A DNA stretch of 24,000 bases. It comes from Bacteroidales bacterium. Lineage in GTDB: Bacteria > Bacteroidota > Bacteroidia > Bacteroidales > JAAUTT01. Under the pieces are notes generated by a model. That model did not search any database, was not told the origin of the DNA, and worked only from the letters and a program-made list of their open reading frames with translations. Of this stretch, positions 1 through 8,371 are shown in pieces (the first letter of the stretch is position 1; every line of letters begins with the position of its first letter). The stretch spans positions 13,667 through 37,666 of the forward strand of contig JANXXY010000375.1 of assembly GCA_025350365.1 (NCBI GenBank), in the 5' to 3' direction. Position numbers and translations under genes: made by a program.

Positions 1-28
1 GAAATCGTTTAAATTGTATTTTCTTTCT

Positions 29-46
29 TAACTTTGGTTACTTTTG
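29..46 (+). promoter_or_regulatory. Two tandem Bacteroidota-type -7 boxes (TAACTTTG 29-36, TACTTTTG 39-46)
   Basis: Exact matches to the TAnnTTTG -7 consensus 14-24 nt upstream of the ATG at 60. No Shine-Dalgarno motif is present. Confidence 0.4.
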
Positions 47-59
47 GTATTAAAACAAT

Positions 60-593
60 ATGAAAATGGGAGGTTTGTTTTGGGGTATTATCTTAATTAT
101 CATTGGAATAAGTCTGATTGTTAAAGTTGTATTTAAAATTGACTTTCCGATAATGAAGGTGCTGGTTGCCTTCTTCTTTATTTATCTGGGAATTAAAATA
201 CTTGCCGGAAATTTGGGATTTGCAAAATTCAAATCCGGACCTAACGATGTTATTTTTAGCGAATCAAGTTTTGTTCATCAACAAAACGTACCCAAGGAAC
301 AAAATGTTGTATTTGGAAAAGGAGTATTCGATTTTAGAAATTTATTGGAAAGTTCTCTACCTGCCGAAATTCATATAAATACTGTGTTTGGTAACAGCGA
401 AATTTTAATCCGAAAAACCATGCCAGTCATCATAAAAGTAGACGCGGCTTTTGCCGGAGCTACCTTACCCGACGATAACTCAACTGTTTTAGGCTCGGCA
501 AATTATCAATCGGCAAATTTTGATCCACTGAAACCACATCTTACCATTAAGGCCGATGCTGTTTTTTCATCCATGAAAATAACAGCCTATTAA
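60..593 (+). CDS. Small membrane protein, LiaF-like (two N-terminal TM helices plus a beta-rich C-terminal domain)
   Basis: 177-aa ORF. The N-terminus GLFWGIILIIIGISLIV / VLVAFFFIYLGIKIL is hydrophobic. The C-terminal half has repetitive V/I-x-V/I beta-like segments, as in LiaF/DUF2154-type proteins. The function call is from pattern recall only. Confidence 0.5.
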   Translation: MKMGGLFWGIILIIIGISLIVKVVFKIDFPIMKVLVAFFFIYLGIKILAGNLGFAKFKSGPNDVIFSESSFVHQQNVPKEQNVVFGKGVFDFRNLLESSLPAEIHINTVFGNSEILIRKTMPVIIKVDAAFAGATLPDDNSTVLGSANYQSANFDPLKPHLTIKADAVFSSMKITAY

Positions 594-629
594 TTATTAA
601 ATTGCCATAATTATCTAACAGCGTTCAAC

Positions 630-1100
630 ATGAGTAAAATAGCAATATTCCCGGGGTCATTCGACCCTATTACTATTGGCCATGAATCGATTGTATTAAG
701 GGCATTGAGCCTTTTCGATAAAATTATTATAGCAGTTGGTCATAATGAGACTAAAAAGGCGTTTTTCCCTTTGGCAGGAAGACTTTCGATGATCAGGGAT
801 GTGTTTGCCGGAAATGCTAAAATTGAAGTAATGCATTATGAAGATCTTACGGTATCGCTGTGCCAGCGTGTTGGTGCCAAATATATTCTCAGGGGTTTGC
901 GTACTTCTGCCGATTTCGAATACGAACGAGCCATTGCACAGGTAAACAAAGCTATGTATGATGATATAGAATCAGTTTTTATACTTACTTTACCGGAACA
1001 TACTTCTATTAATTCATCGATAGTGAGGGAAATTTTACATTATGGAGGAAATGCCGGCAAATTTCTTCCTGACTCAATTGACCCTAAAAAATATTTATAA
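630..1100 (+). CDS. coaD: Phosphopantetheine adenylyltransferase
   Basis: 156 aa. The N-terminal IAIFPGSFDPITIGHESIV carries the nucleotidyltransferase T/HxGH motif. The length and the ISSSxVRE-like INSSIVREI motif are typical of CoaD. Confidence 0.9.
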   Translation: MSKIAIFPGSFDPITIGHESIVLRALSLFDKIIIAVGHNETKKAFFPLAGRLSMIRDVFAGNAKIEVMHYEDLTVSLCQRVGAKYILRGLRTSADFEYERAIAQVNKAMYDDIESVFILTLPEHTSINSSIVREILHYGGNAGKFLPDSIDPKKYL

Positions 1101-1108
1101 CAAACGCT

Positions 1109-2548
1109 ATGTTTCGGGCTGTCTTCTTTCTTTTTTTTCTCGGCTTTAATATTTTTACATCTTATGCCGGTATGGTTGTAATTCATGGGAACAGTGCCGA
1201 ATACAAGGGAGCTATTCTGTCATTTTATCATTATAACAACCAAATTTCAAACAAAGAAGTTTTAATTGCCAATAGTAAAGTGAAAGAAAATGGCGACTTT
1301 GAATTGTCATTTGAGGTGACTCAAACTGACTATATCTTCTGTCATACAGGTGTTTTCTTTCTTTACATGTTTATCGAACCAAACTGTGATTACACCATCA
1401 CACTTCCTTCACGCATTGATAAAAAACAAGATGATATCCTCAATCCGTTTTTTAAAGAGCTTAGGGTTCATCTTTTAATATCCGCATTTCATTCAAACTT
1501 ATTATTAACTAATGAACTCCCCGACAAGGAATTAAATTTTTTAATTCAACAGTTCGATAATTATTTCGATCCGTACTATGAAAAATATGCCTCAAATATT
1601 TATACCAAAAACGGGGTAAAGGGTATGGATACTACCATGCATACCATCGAAGCAACATTTGGTGGAATCAAAAATCCCTATTTTCAATCATACTATACCT
1701 ATCGGGTTGGATTACTAAAATTTATGTCAACTAGTTTTAAATCACGTAATATCTCCAACAATTATTTCCTCAATAAGCCGGTGCTTTATAACAACCCTGC
1801 TTTTATGGAGCTTTTTAATCAGGTATACGAAAAGTACTTTGTTTATTTTGGCAGAACTAAGGAAGGTAAAGTTATTTATGACAACATAAATACCGCTAAG
1901 AGTCTAACAAGGTTAAAGAATACGTTGGCTCAAAACCAGGTGCTGGCAAACGATACATTGAAAGAGTTTGTGATTTTAAAGGGGTTACACGATGGTTTTT
2001 ATGAAATGGAATTCTCTCGCGAAGCTTTACTGCAAGTTCTCGATTCGCTAAGCCTAACCACTAAAATTGAAAAACATAAGGTTATTGCCGGGGATATTCG
2101 CGAAAAGGTTACGAGACTTATTCCGGGTTTTTCTCCACCTCCTTTTAAAATGCTAAATCAGGATAGTACATGGGTCAGCCTTAACGATTTTAAGGGGTCG
2201 TATGTGTATGTTATGTTTTGTACAACTCAGAATTACGCTTGCCTTAAGGAATATGATCTGATAAAAAAGCTTTATGAAAAACATGGCAAAATACTTAAAA
2301 TAGTTACCATTTCATTTGACGAAACGCTTGCCGACACCCGGATGTTTGCAAAAAAAATGAAGTATAACTGGACGTTTCTTCATTTCGGGAATCAGCCCGA
2401 AATTCTAAAGGACTACGACATCAGAACTTTTCCAACTTATTTTCTTATTGACAGGGAAGGTAAATTAGCCATGTCGCCGGCGCCGTCTCCGGCCGAAAAC
2501 TTTGAGGTTTATTTATTTCAGCAACTTAGAGCTAAAGGGATTTTGTGA
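1109..2548 (+). CDS. Secreted TlpA/redoxin-like thioredoxin-fold protein with a long N-terminal domain and a degenerate active site
   Basis: 479 aa with a signal-like N-terminus MFRAVFFLFFLGFNIFTSYAG. The C-terminal ~130 aa align by eye to TlpA/AhpC-TSA redoxins (GSYVYVMF....C..EYDLIKKLYEKHG..LKIVTISFDE ... FPTYFLIDREGKL). The CxxC position reads NYAC. Confidence 0.65.
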   Translation: MFRAVFFLFFLGFNIFTSYAGMVVIHGNSAEYKGAILSFYHYNNQISNKEVLIANSKVKENGDFELSFEVTQTDYIFCHTGVFFLYMFIEPNCDYTITLPSRIDKKQDDILNPFFKELRVHLLISAFHSNLLLTNELPDKELNFLIQQFDNYFDPYYEKYASNIYTKNGVKGMDTTMHTIEATFGGIKNPYFQSYYTYRVGLLKFMSTSFKSRNISNNYFLNKPVLYNNPAFMELFNQVYEKYFVYFGRTKEGKVIYDNINTAKSLTRLKNTLAQNQVLANDTLKEFVILKGLHDGFYEMEFSREALLQVLDSLSLTTKIEKHKVIAGDIREKVTRLIPGFSPPPFKMLNQDSTWVSLNDFKGSYVYVMFCTTQNYACLKEYDLIKKLYEKHGKILKIVTISFDETLADTRMFAKKMKYNWTFLHFGNQPEILKDYDIRTFPTYFLIDREGKLAMSPAPSPAENFEVYLFQQLRAKGIL

Positions 2549-2572
2549 AACCTGCCAGGTCTATCCTGGGAA

Positions 2573-3205
2573 TTAAGGTTTCTCCTGATTTATTTGCGCG
2601 ATAAAGATATCCTTAAGAGATTCAAACGTATTTTTCATAACTTCACTCACAGTCTGGTAATCGAACCATTTTATTTCTGTAATATCTTCCGAAAGCTGAG
2701 GCTTAGGTTGTTCGTAATCAGTTACCTCCATCTCATACCATATTGTACGTTTTAAAATGCGGGTGTTTTTTTCCAGATAAAAATGGTAGGTGTCGAAAAG
2801 TCTTTTTCCAACTTCAATTTCTTTTAAACCACATTCTTCCTGAACTTCTCGTATAGCCGTTTGTTTGTAAAATTCTCCCTTTTCCACTTTGCCTTTGGGT
2901 AAATCCCACTTTCCGCGACGAAAAATGGCCAATAATTTACCATCAGGTCGATGAACAGCGCCGCCGGCAGCTTCTACAATGGTATAGCACGATTTTAAAA
3001 TATCAAGCAGAACATCCTCATTGTCATGAAGTATGTATAGAGCCTTTATATGATTGAATTGTTCGAAGGCTTTAAGAAGTTCATCCAAACCCTCCTTTTT
3101 TTCGTACTTATAAAACAAGCCGTCATTCTTTTCAAAGGTTTTAGTAATTTTGCTGCTCAAAAAAACAACACGATCATTATAAAAAATCTTATATCCTTGT
3201 AGCAT
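2573..3205 (-). CDS. NUDIX hydrolase (start moved to internal Met, MLQGYKIFYND...)
   Basis: Perfect Nudix box GKVEKGEFYKQTAIREVQEECGL (Gx5Ex7REUxEExGU). The 245-aa track ORF would overlap pyrE by 107 nt. Met36 (codon 3205-3203) gives a 210-aa protein whose N-terminus resembles other Bacteroidota Nudix proteins. Confidence 0.8.
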   Translation of the reverse strand: MLQGYKIFYNDRVVFLSSKITKTFEKNDGLFYKYEKKEGLDELLKAFEQFNHIKALYILHDNEDVLLDILKSCYTIVEAAGGAVHRPDGKLLAIFRRGKWDLPKGKVEKGEFYKQTAIREVQEECGLKEIEVGKRLFDTYHFYLEKNTRILKRTIWYEMEVTDYEQPKPQLSEDITEIKWFDYQTVSEVMKNTFESLKDIFIAQINQEKP

Positions 3206-3842
3206 GGCAACAATGTTGAATTTAATTCCCCGGTATTTACTACAAAGTAAAGCAATAAAGTTAGAACCAACAAAACCATTTAATTGGGCTTCGGGATGGA
3301 AATCGCCCATCTATTGCGATAACCGGATAACCCTTTCGTTTCCCGAAATCCGAACAGCTATTAGAAATTCTTTTGTTGAAACGATAAAAGAATGTTATCC
3401 ATCGGTAGAGGTGATTGCAGGCGTTGCCACGGGAGCTATTGCTCAGGGGGCGCTGGTTGCTGAGGCCATGAAAGTACCCTTTGCTTATGTGCGGTCGTCG
3501 CCTAAAAAACATGGTATGGAAAACCTGATTGAAGGTATAGTAAATCCAGGACAAAAAGTGGTTGTTATTGAGGATCTTATTTCAACCGGAGGAAGCAGCC
3601 TTCAGGCAGTTGAAGCCCTGCGTAAGGCTGGAGCTGAAGTACTGGGAATGGTAGCTATTTTTACCTATGGGTTTTCAGTTGCCGAAGAAAACTTTAAAGC
3701 TGCCGATTGCAAACTGGTTACGCTAACAAACTATATGGAGCTTTTGAATTTTGCCCTGGAGTCGAATTATATTAAAAAGGACGAATTGGAAGTTTTGCAG
3801 CAGTGGAGACAGAGTCCGGATACATGGATGCAGGATAAATAA
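3204..3842 (+). CDS. pyrE: Orotate phosphoribosyltransferase
   Basis: 212 aa. It has AIKLEPTKPFNWASGWKSPIYCDNR and the PRPP-binding loop KVVVIEDLISTGGSS. An alternative start at Met4 (3213) cannot be excluded. Confidence 0.9.
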   Translation: MATMLNLIPRYLLQSKAIKLEPTKPFNWASGWKSPIYCDNRITLSFPEIRTAIRNSFVETIKECYPSVEVIAGVATGAIAQGALVAEAMKVPFAYVRSSPKKHGMENLIEGIVNPGQKVVVIEDLISTGGSSLQAVEALRKAGAEVLGMVAIFTYGFSVAEENFKAADCKLVTLTNYMELLNFALESNYIKKDELEVLQQWRQSPDTWMQDK

Positions 3843-3871
3843 ATGTTATTAATCAAGAAAGTAATAATGCT

Positions 3872-4279
3872 ATGGAAACTAAGATAGAAAGCCGTGTTGG
3901 TACAATTCAATCGAGTGACGAGAGAATCTATACCTTTATCTCGAACTTCAACAATTTTAAACAATTTATACCAGCCGATAAGGTTCACGATTTTGAGTCC
4001 ACCGAAGATAGTTGCAAATTTTCAGTGGCAGGTGTTGGTAAGGTGGGACTTCAGATAATGGAACGTGAACCTTTTAAAACCATCAAAATTACCGGCGATG
4101 GAATGGCAAATCAAAAATTCAGCTTCTGGGTACAGCTGGTGCGAAAAGAAGAAAATGACACTCGCATTAAACTCACTATTAAGGCTGATCTGAATCCTAT
4201 GCTGAAAATGATGGCACAAAAACCGCTTCAGAATTTTCTTGATAAACTTGTGGATGCACTGGAAAAAATGAGGTTTTAA
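3872..4279 (+). CDS. SRPBCC-superfamily (START/polyketide-cyclase-like) small protein
   Basis: 135 aa with no signal peptide. The beta-rich core plus C-terminal helix pattern, and the position directly after pyrE, match what I recall from other Bacteroidota. The function is unknown. Confidence 0.55.
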   Translation: METKIESRVGTIQSSDERIYTFISNFNNFKQFIPADKVHDFESTEDSCKFSVAGVGKVGLQIMEREPFKTIKITGDGMANQKFSFWVQLVRKEENDTRIKLTIKADLNPMLKMMAQKPLQNFLDKLVDALEKMRF

Positions 4280-4309
4280 GAGTTTTTTTGCTGAAAAAAG
4301 TAACCTACG

Positions 4310-4336
4310 TTCGGCTTAGGCTGTGCCTTAGCCGAA
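4310..4336 (+). terminator. Hairpin downstream of the SRPBCC gene (TTCGGCTTAGG-ctgtg-CCTTAGCCGAA)
   Basis: 11-bp stem with one central T:T mismatch and a 5-nt loop, 31 nt after the stop codon. No trailing U-tract follows, so terminator function is uncertain. Confidence 0.35.
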
Positions 4337-4483
4337 TATATCCTTCAAGCTGTGCCTGATTTTATATGGAAATTATTTAAATCATCCATCCATTCAGGGA
4401 TATTTTTTAACTTGCACAGGCATTCTGGAGGATGCACTTTTCAATCGCGTGATGATAAATCATTAACTACTAATTCATTCAAA

Positions 4484-5794
4484 ATGACATCAAGACGGAT
4501 TTTTTTAAAAAATACCATCACCACTGCCGCGGGCGTAGGGTTGGTATCTGCTTTATCTGGTTCAATGTTAAGTTGTTCACCAAATGATAAAATAAATGTT
4601 GGCCTTATCGGATGCAATGGAATGGGTTTTGCTGATTTAACAGCGTTTCTTGGCAATCCCGAAGTAGAATGCATTGCATTGTGTGATATCGACGAATCGG
4701 TTTTGGCAAGGCGAGCTGCCGATGTTGAAAAACTTCGCGGTAAAAAGCCGCCTCATCTATATAAAGATTGGAGAAAACTCATCGACAACAAGGACGTAGA
4801 TGTTGTTATTATAGGAACTCCTGACCACTGGCATTGTCTTATAATGGTTGCCGCTTGTGAAGCGGGAAAAGATGTTTATTGTGAAAAGCCAATAGGCAAT
4901 AGCATTGAGGAATGCAATATCATGGTTAAAGCAGCTCAGCGATACAAGAGAATAGTTCAGGTTGGTCAATGGCAGCGCAGCGATCCACATTGGGCGAGCG
5001 CGGTAGATTTTATCCGTTCAGGTAAATTAGGGAAAATACGTCTGGTTCGGGTATTTTCCTACCAGGGTTGGTGTCCTTCGATACCTGTTGTTGCTAACGA
5101 ACCGGTTCCTCAGGGTGTTGATTATGATATGTGGCTGGGGCCGGCAACTCAGCGACCATTTAACAGAAACCGTTTCCATTTTACGTTTCGTTGGTTCTGG
5201 GATTATGCAGGTGGTTTGATGACCGACTGGGGTGTTCACCTTCTGGATTATGCCCTTTATGGCATGGATGTAACTACTCCCAAATCAATTATGGCCATGG
5301 GTGGAAAATATGGCTATCCAACTGATGCTTGCGAAACACCTGATAGCTTACAAACTATTTATGAATTCGACGGGTTCAATGTGATGTGGGATCATGCCAT
5401 AGGTATCAATGATGGCGCTTATGGCCGCAATCACGGATTGGGCTTTGTTGGCGAAAATGGAACACTTGTTATTGACCGCAATGGATGGGAGGTGATTCCT
5501 GAAATAGTGAACAAGCAAAAACGAATGGAAGCTGTTGCGTTACAACCCGGTTTAAATTTAGGCTTGGAAAACCATGTAAAAAATCACCTCGATTGTATTA
5601 AACATCACAGTCACAAATTAAATGCAAGTGTTGAGATTGGCGCACACATCGCGAAATTCTCGCATTTAGGAAATATCGCTTATCGTTCAGGTAAAAAACT
5701 AGTTTGGGATGGTACTAAATTTACGAATGACGTTGATGCCAACCGTTACCTTGTGCCTCATTACCGTGCACCCTGGGAACTGCCAAAAGTATAA
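4484..5794 (+). CDS. Tat-exported Gfo/Idh/MocA-family NAD(P)-dependent oxidoreductase
   Basis: The start is moved to MTSRRIFLKNTITTAAGVGL (twin-arginine motif SRRxFLK). It has the Rossmann motif INVGLIGCNGMG and a conserved EKP motif (CEKPIG). The upstream GTG extension (4352-4483) has no family-like sequence. Confidence 0.85.
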   Translation: MTSRRIFLKNTITTAAGVGLVSALSGSMLSCSPNDKINVGLIGCNGMGFADLTAFLGNPEVECIALCDIDESVLARRAADVEKLRGKKPPHLYKDWRKLIDNKDVDVVIIGTPDHWHCLIMVAACEAGKDVYCEKPIGNSIEECNIMVKAAQRYKRIVQVGQWQRSDPHWASAVDFIRSGKLGKIRLVRVFSYQGWCPSIPVVANEPVPQGVDYDMWLGPATQRPFNRNRFHFTFRWFWDYAGGLMTDWGVHLLDYALYGMDVTTPKSIMAMGGKYGYPTDACETPDSLQTIYEFDGFNVMWDHAIGINDGAYGRNHGLGFVGENGTLVIDRNGWEVIPEIVNKQKRMEAVALQPGLNLGLENHVKNHLDCIKHHSHKLNASVEIGAHIAKFSHLGNIAYRSGKKLVWDGTKFTNDVDANRYLVPHYRAPWELPKV

Positions 5795-5800
5795 CATAAT

Positions 5801-5835
5801 AAAAGGGGAATGAGAGTTCCCCTTTTCAGTTTTTT
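5801..5835. terminator. Bidirectional intrinsic terminator between convergent genes
   Basis: AAAAGGGGAA-tgagag-TTCCCCTTTT is a perfect 10-bp stem, followed by cagTTTTTT on + and by an A-derived U-run on -. It sits between the stops at 5794 (+) and 5876 (-). Confidence 0.65.
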
Positions 5836-5875
5836 AACCTTGATCAAAGCATAATTAATCTCGATTATTCTGAGA

Positions 5876-6436
5876 CTATTTCCTTATTTCTGCAATTAAT
5901 TCATTTGTGGTCAACAATTCGGCATAATAATAACTCAAAGCTGCCAAAAATGATTGATGAACATCGTTAGATTTTATTGTTATGTTGTTTAAGGCTAAAT
6001 CCTTAGTTGCGCAAGCATCGGAAATTATTGTGCACTCAAATCCAAAATCCTTTGCTGCGCGAATGGTAGCATCCACACACATATGTGTCATCATGCCGCA
6101 AATTACTAAATTCGTTATCGAATTACTTTTCAGGTGTTCCAGCAATCCGGTTTCGCGAAAACTGTTGGGAAAATGTTTCTTAATCAACATTTCTCCAGAA
6201 CGAGGCTGAACATTTAAATGTATTTCAACCCCCTTGGTGTCGGGAATAAAGAACGTAGCATCCGGCCTCACTGAAAAATGCTGCACATGAATCACAGTTA
6301 GGTTCGTTTCTCTAAAGAATTGGAGGATTCTTTTTGCTTCAAGGCTGGCTTCATTGCTTCCTGTCAAAGGATTTGCTCCTCCTTTGAAATAATCATTTTG
6401 AATATCGATCAGGATTAATGCGGTTTTTGTGGTCAT
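5876..6436 (-). CDS. Isochorismatase-family cysteine hydrolase
   Basis: 186 aa. It has TALILIDIQNDYF (catalytic Asp region) and LVICGMMTHMCVDATIR (catalytic Cys motif), both typical of the isochorismatase/nicotinamidase family. Confidence 0.8.
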   Translation of the reverse strand: MTTKTALILIDIQNDYFKGGANPLTGSNEASLEAKRILQFFRETNLTVIHVQHFSVRPDATFFIPDTKGVEIHLNVQPRSGEMLIKKHFPNSFRETGLLEHLKSNSITNLVICGMMTHMCVDATIRAAKDFGFECTIISDACATKDLALNNITIKSNDVHQSFLAALSYYYAELLTTNELIAEIRK

Positions 6437-6459
6437 TTGATTTCTAATAATAAAGTGAA

Positions 6460-6849
6460 TTACTTTTCGTAAACTTCCAGTGGCAATCCATCAGGATCAG
6501 AAAAAAAAGTGAAACGTTTATTGGTCAACACATCTGTTCTAATCGGTTCCGTTTCTACACCTTTCTCATTAAGCCCAATTATAGCTTCGCCAATATCATC
6601 TGCTTCAAAAGCCAGATGCCTTAACCCTGCTGCTTCAGGATCCGAAACCCTTTCAGGCGGACTATCAAAGGAAAATAGTTCGATAATGGTTTCGCCATTC
6701 AATGCCAGATCAAGTTTATAAGAGTTTCTTTCTTTCCGAAAGGTTTCTTTTACAATTTCTAGCCCAAGAACTTGGATGTAAAACCGTTTTGATACTGCAT
6801 AATCGGAACAAATAATTGCAATGTGATGAACTTTATTTAGTTTTACCAT
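6460..6849 (-). CDS. VOC-family (glyoxalase/bleomycin-resistance/dioxygenase fold) protein
   Basis: 129 aa. VHHIAIICSDYAVSKRFY ... LRHLAFEADDI ... PDGLPLEVYE follows the paired beta-alpha-beta-beta-beta VOC pattern with His/Glu metal ligands. It lies 23 nt upstream of the hydrolase gene, so the two are likely co-transcribed. Confidence 0.8.
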   Translation of the reverse strand: MVKLNKVHHIAIICSDYAVSKRFYIQVLGLEIVKETFRKERNSYKLDLALNGETIIELFSFDSPPERVSDPEAAGLRHLAFEADDIGEAIIGLNEKGVETEPIRTDVLTNKRFTFFSDPDGLPLEVYEK

Positions 6850-6969
6850 TTGATTTAGGATGTTTGAAAACCGAAAATACGCAATAATGTATTATTTTCA
6901 CCGAGTGAGTTCAATAATTATCAATAATATTTATTCTTGAAGAAAATAAACTTATTGCTTTACAGTTTA

Positions 6970-6977
6970 TACTTTTG
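6970..6977 (+). promoter_or_regulatory. -7 box TACTTTTG
   Basis: Exact TAnnTTTG 16 nt upstream of the ATG at 6993. It overlaps the TTG at 6975 used by the ORF track, which argues for the ATG start. Confidence 0.4.
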
Positions 6978-6992
6978 CAGAAACAGAACTTA

Positions 6993-8294
6993 ATGAAATC
7001 GTTTTTTCGGTATTTTCTTTTTACTATATTTTTTATTAATTGTATTCTTGTCAATACAAACGGGCAGGTATTGAGCAAAACAGCCAATGGGAAAGCTGTT
7101 ACCGCTTATTCATTATCCGACAGTATCTTTGTATTTCATCAATTTCCCATCGCCAAAAAGGGATCTCTTTCGGTAACTAACCCCTTTGGAACTAAAGCTA
7201 CTTATGCTTGGAGCCTATACGATACCCTATCAAATACTTTTGGGACTGCCTTAAAAGTAGATTCAAATGTGTTATTTTCGAGCATCGATACCTTATCTCA
7301 AGGTGGATATAAAATTATGCTTACGGGAACCACACGCGACACCTCATTTATGGCATGGGTTTATTTCGATAACTATTCGCTTGCCGTTGAAAAAGACAAT
7401 GCCGGAAACGTAAAGTTTGGAAAATATACTTGCGACTATGTCGACCTAAGTTCTAAAGTAACAGCACTGCCTCCTTTTGTATATGCAAATCCTCATACCT
7501 CTGCTAGGTATATATTGAAAGATACGTTTATCTATTTTTGGAACGCTGACCCAGCTCCCGAAATATCATTAATAAATGGCAAAGCTGCTTTTAGAGTGGA
7601 TCCACCGCCATATATTGACACACGCTATAAAGTAAGGGTGACCGATAAATTCGGATTGGTGAAAGAAGAGGAGGTTTTTTATAAAACTATCCAGGTAAAG
7701 GCTGATTTTGATTTAACATACCAATTAGAATATGATACAACCCATGTATTTACTGATGGAGATAAAAAATCAGCGCCGTTGAAAGTGAATGTTTTTAACA
7801 AATCGTCAATAAAAGCCGAATCATTCACTTGGTATTTTATTGGTAAAGATACTGTTTATAATACAACCATTCCCGGCCCACGCACTTATTACCAACCGGA
7901 TACATTCAAAATAAAGCTTTTTACTCAAAGTGCGGAGGGTTGCATAGATACAATTACACATAATTTTGTTGTTGAGCCTGCAAATATTGAAGATGGTGAA
8001 CAACCACCTAATGTATTTACCCCGGATGGTAAAAATCCCATGTTTAAAATAAGTAATATTTCGATCAGACAATTTAAAATTACTATTTTCACCCGATGGG
8101 GAAGGGTAGCATATATTCATCAAGGTATTGATATGTTGGAATGGGAGGGATGGGACGGTAATATTGGAAATAGCAAAGCGTCCACCGGAGTATATTATTA
8201 TGTGCTGGAGGTGTTTACCTGGGATAAAAAACCGGATCCTAAATTAATTCATACCAATGGCCGATATTCAGGCTTTTTCTATTTATTTAGATAG
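6993..8294 (+). CDS. Secreted protein with a PKD-like domain and a T9SS type-B (gliding-motility-associated, CHU_C-type) C-terminal sorting domain
   Basis: Signal peptide MKSFFRYFLFTIFFINCILVNTNG. The C-terminal PNVFTPDGKNPMFKI...FKITIFTRWGRVAY...WDGN...STGVYYYVLEV is the characteristic type-B CTD pattern. Confidence 0.75.
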   Translation: MKSFFRYFLFTIFFINCILVNTNGQVLSKTANGKAVTAYSLSDSIFVFHQFPIAKKGSLSVTNPFGTKATYAWSLYDTLSNTFGTALKVDSNVLFSSIDTLSQGGYKIMLTGTTRDTSFMAWVYFDNYSLAVEKDNAGNVKFGKYTCDYVDLSSKVTALPPFVYANPHTSARYILKDTFIYFWNADPAPEISLINGKAAFRVDPPPYIDTRYKVRVTDKFGLVKEEEVFYKTIQVKADFDLTYQLEYDTTHVFTDGDKKSAPLKVNVFNKSSIKAESFTWYFIGKDTVYNTTIPGPRTYYQPDTFKIKLFTQSAEGCIDTITHNFVVEPANIEDGEQPPNVFTPDGKNPMFKISNISIRQFKITIFTRWGRVAYIHQGIDMLEWEGWDGNIGNSKASTGVYYYVLEVFTWDKKPDPKLIHTNGRYSGFFYLFR

Positions 8295-8333
8295 GAATAA
8301 ACCTGGTTCCAATTACCCCTTCACACAATCTTA

Positions 8334-8341
8334 TATCTTTG
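8334..8341 (+). promoter_or_regulatory. -7 box TATCTTTG
   Basis: Exact TAnnTTTG 31 nt upstream of the ATG at 8372. Confidence 0.4.
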
Positions 8342-8371
8342 ACATATTAATCCGACACTTTAAATTAATAT

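Noticed and set aside
3261-3554. 97-aa minus-strand ORF inside pyrE, together with other embedded ORFs: 166-378, 3767-3988, 4022-4219, 4441-4674, 4757-4990, 5027-5239, 5982-6209, 6509-6721, 7821-8123
   Set aside because: All are nested in or antisense to well-supported genes. None has a signal, motif or promoter box of its own.
4212-4226. TGGCAC-aaaaa-CCGC sigma-54-like match; also 10409-10423 on the minus strand (TGGCAC-tgacg-ATGC)
   Set aside because: Both lie inside coding sequence (the SRPBCC gene and antisense within fba). The first is separated from the next gene by a hairpin, and the second points at nothing. Both are most likely chance matches.
4352-4483. GTG-initiated 44-codon N-terminal extension of the Gfo/Idh/MocA ORF
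   Set aside because: The Tat signal (MTSRRIFLK) must be N-terminal to function. The extension is not family-like and starts right after the upstream hairpin.
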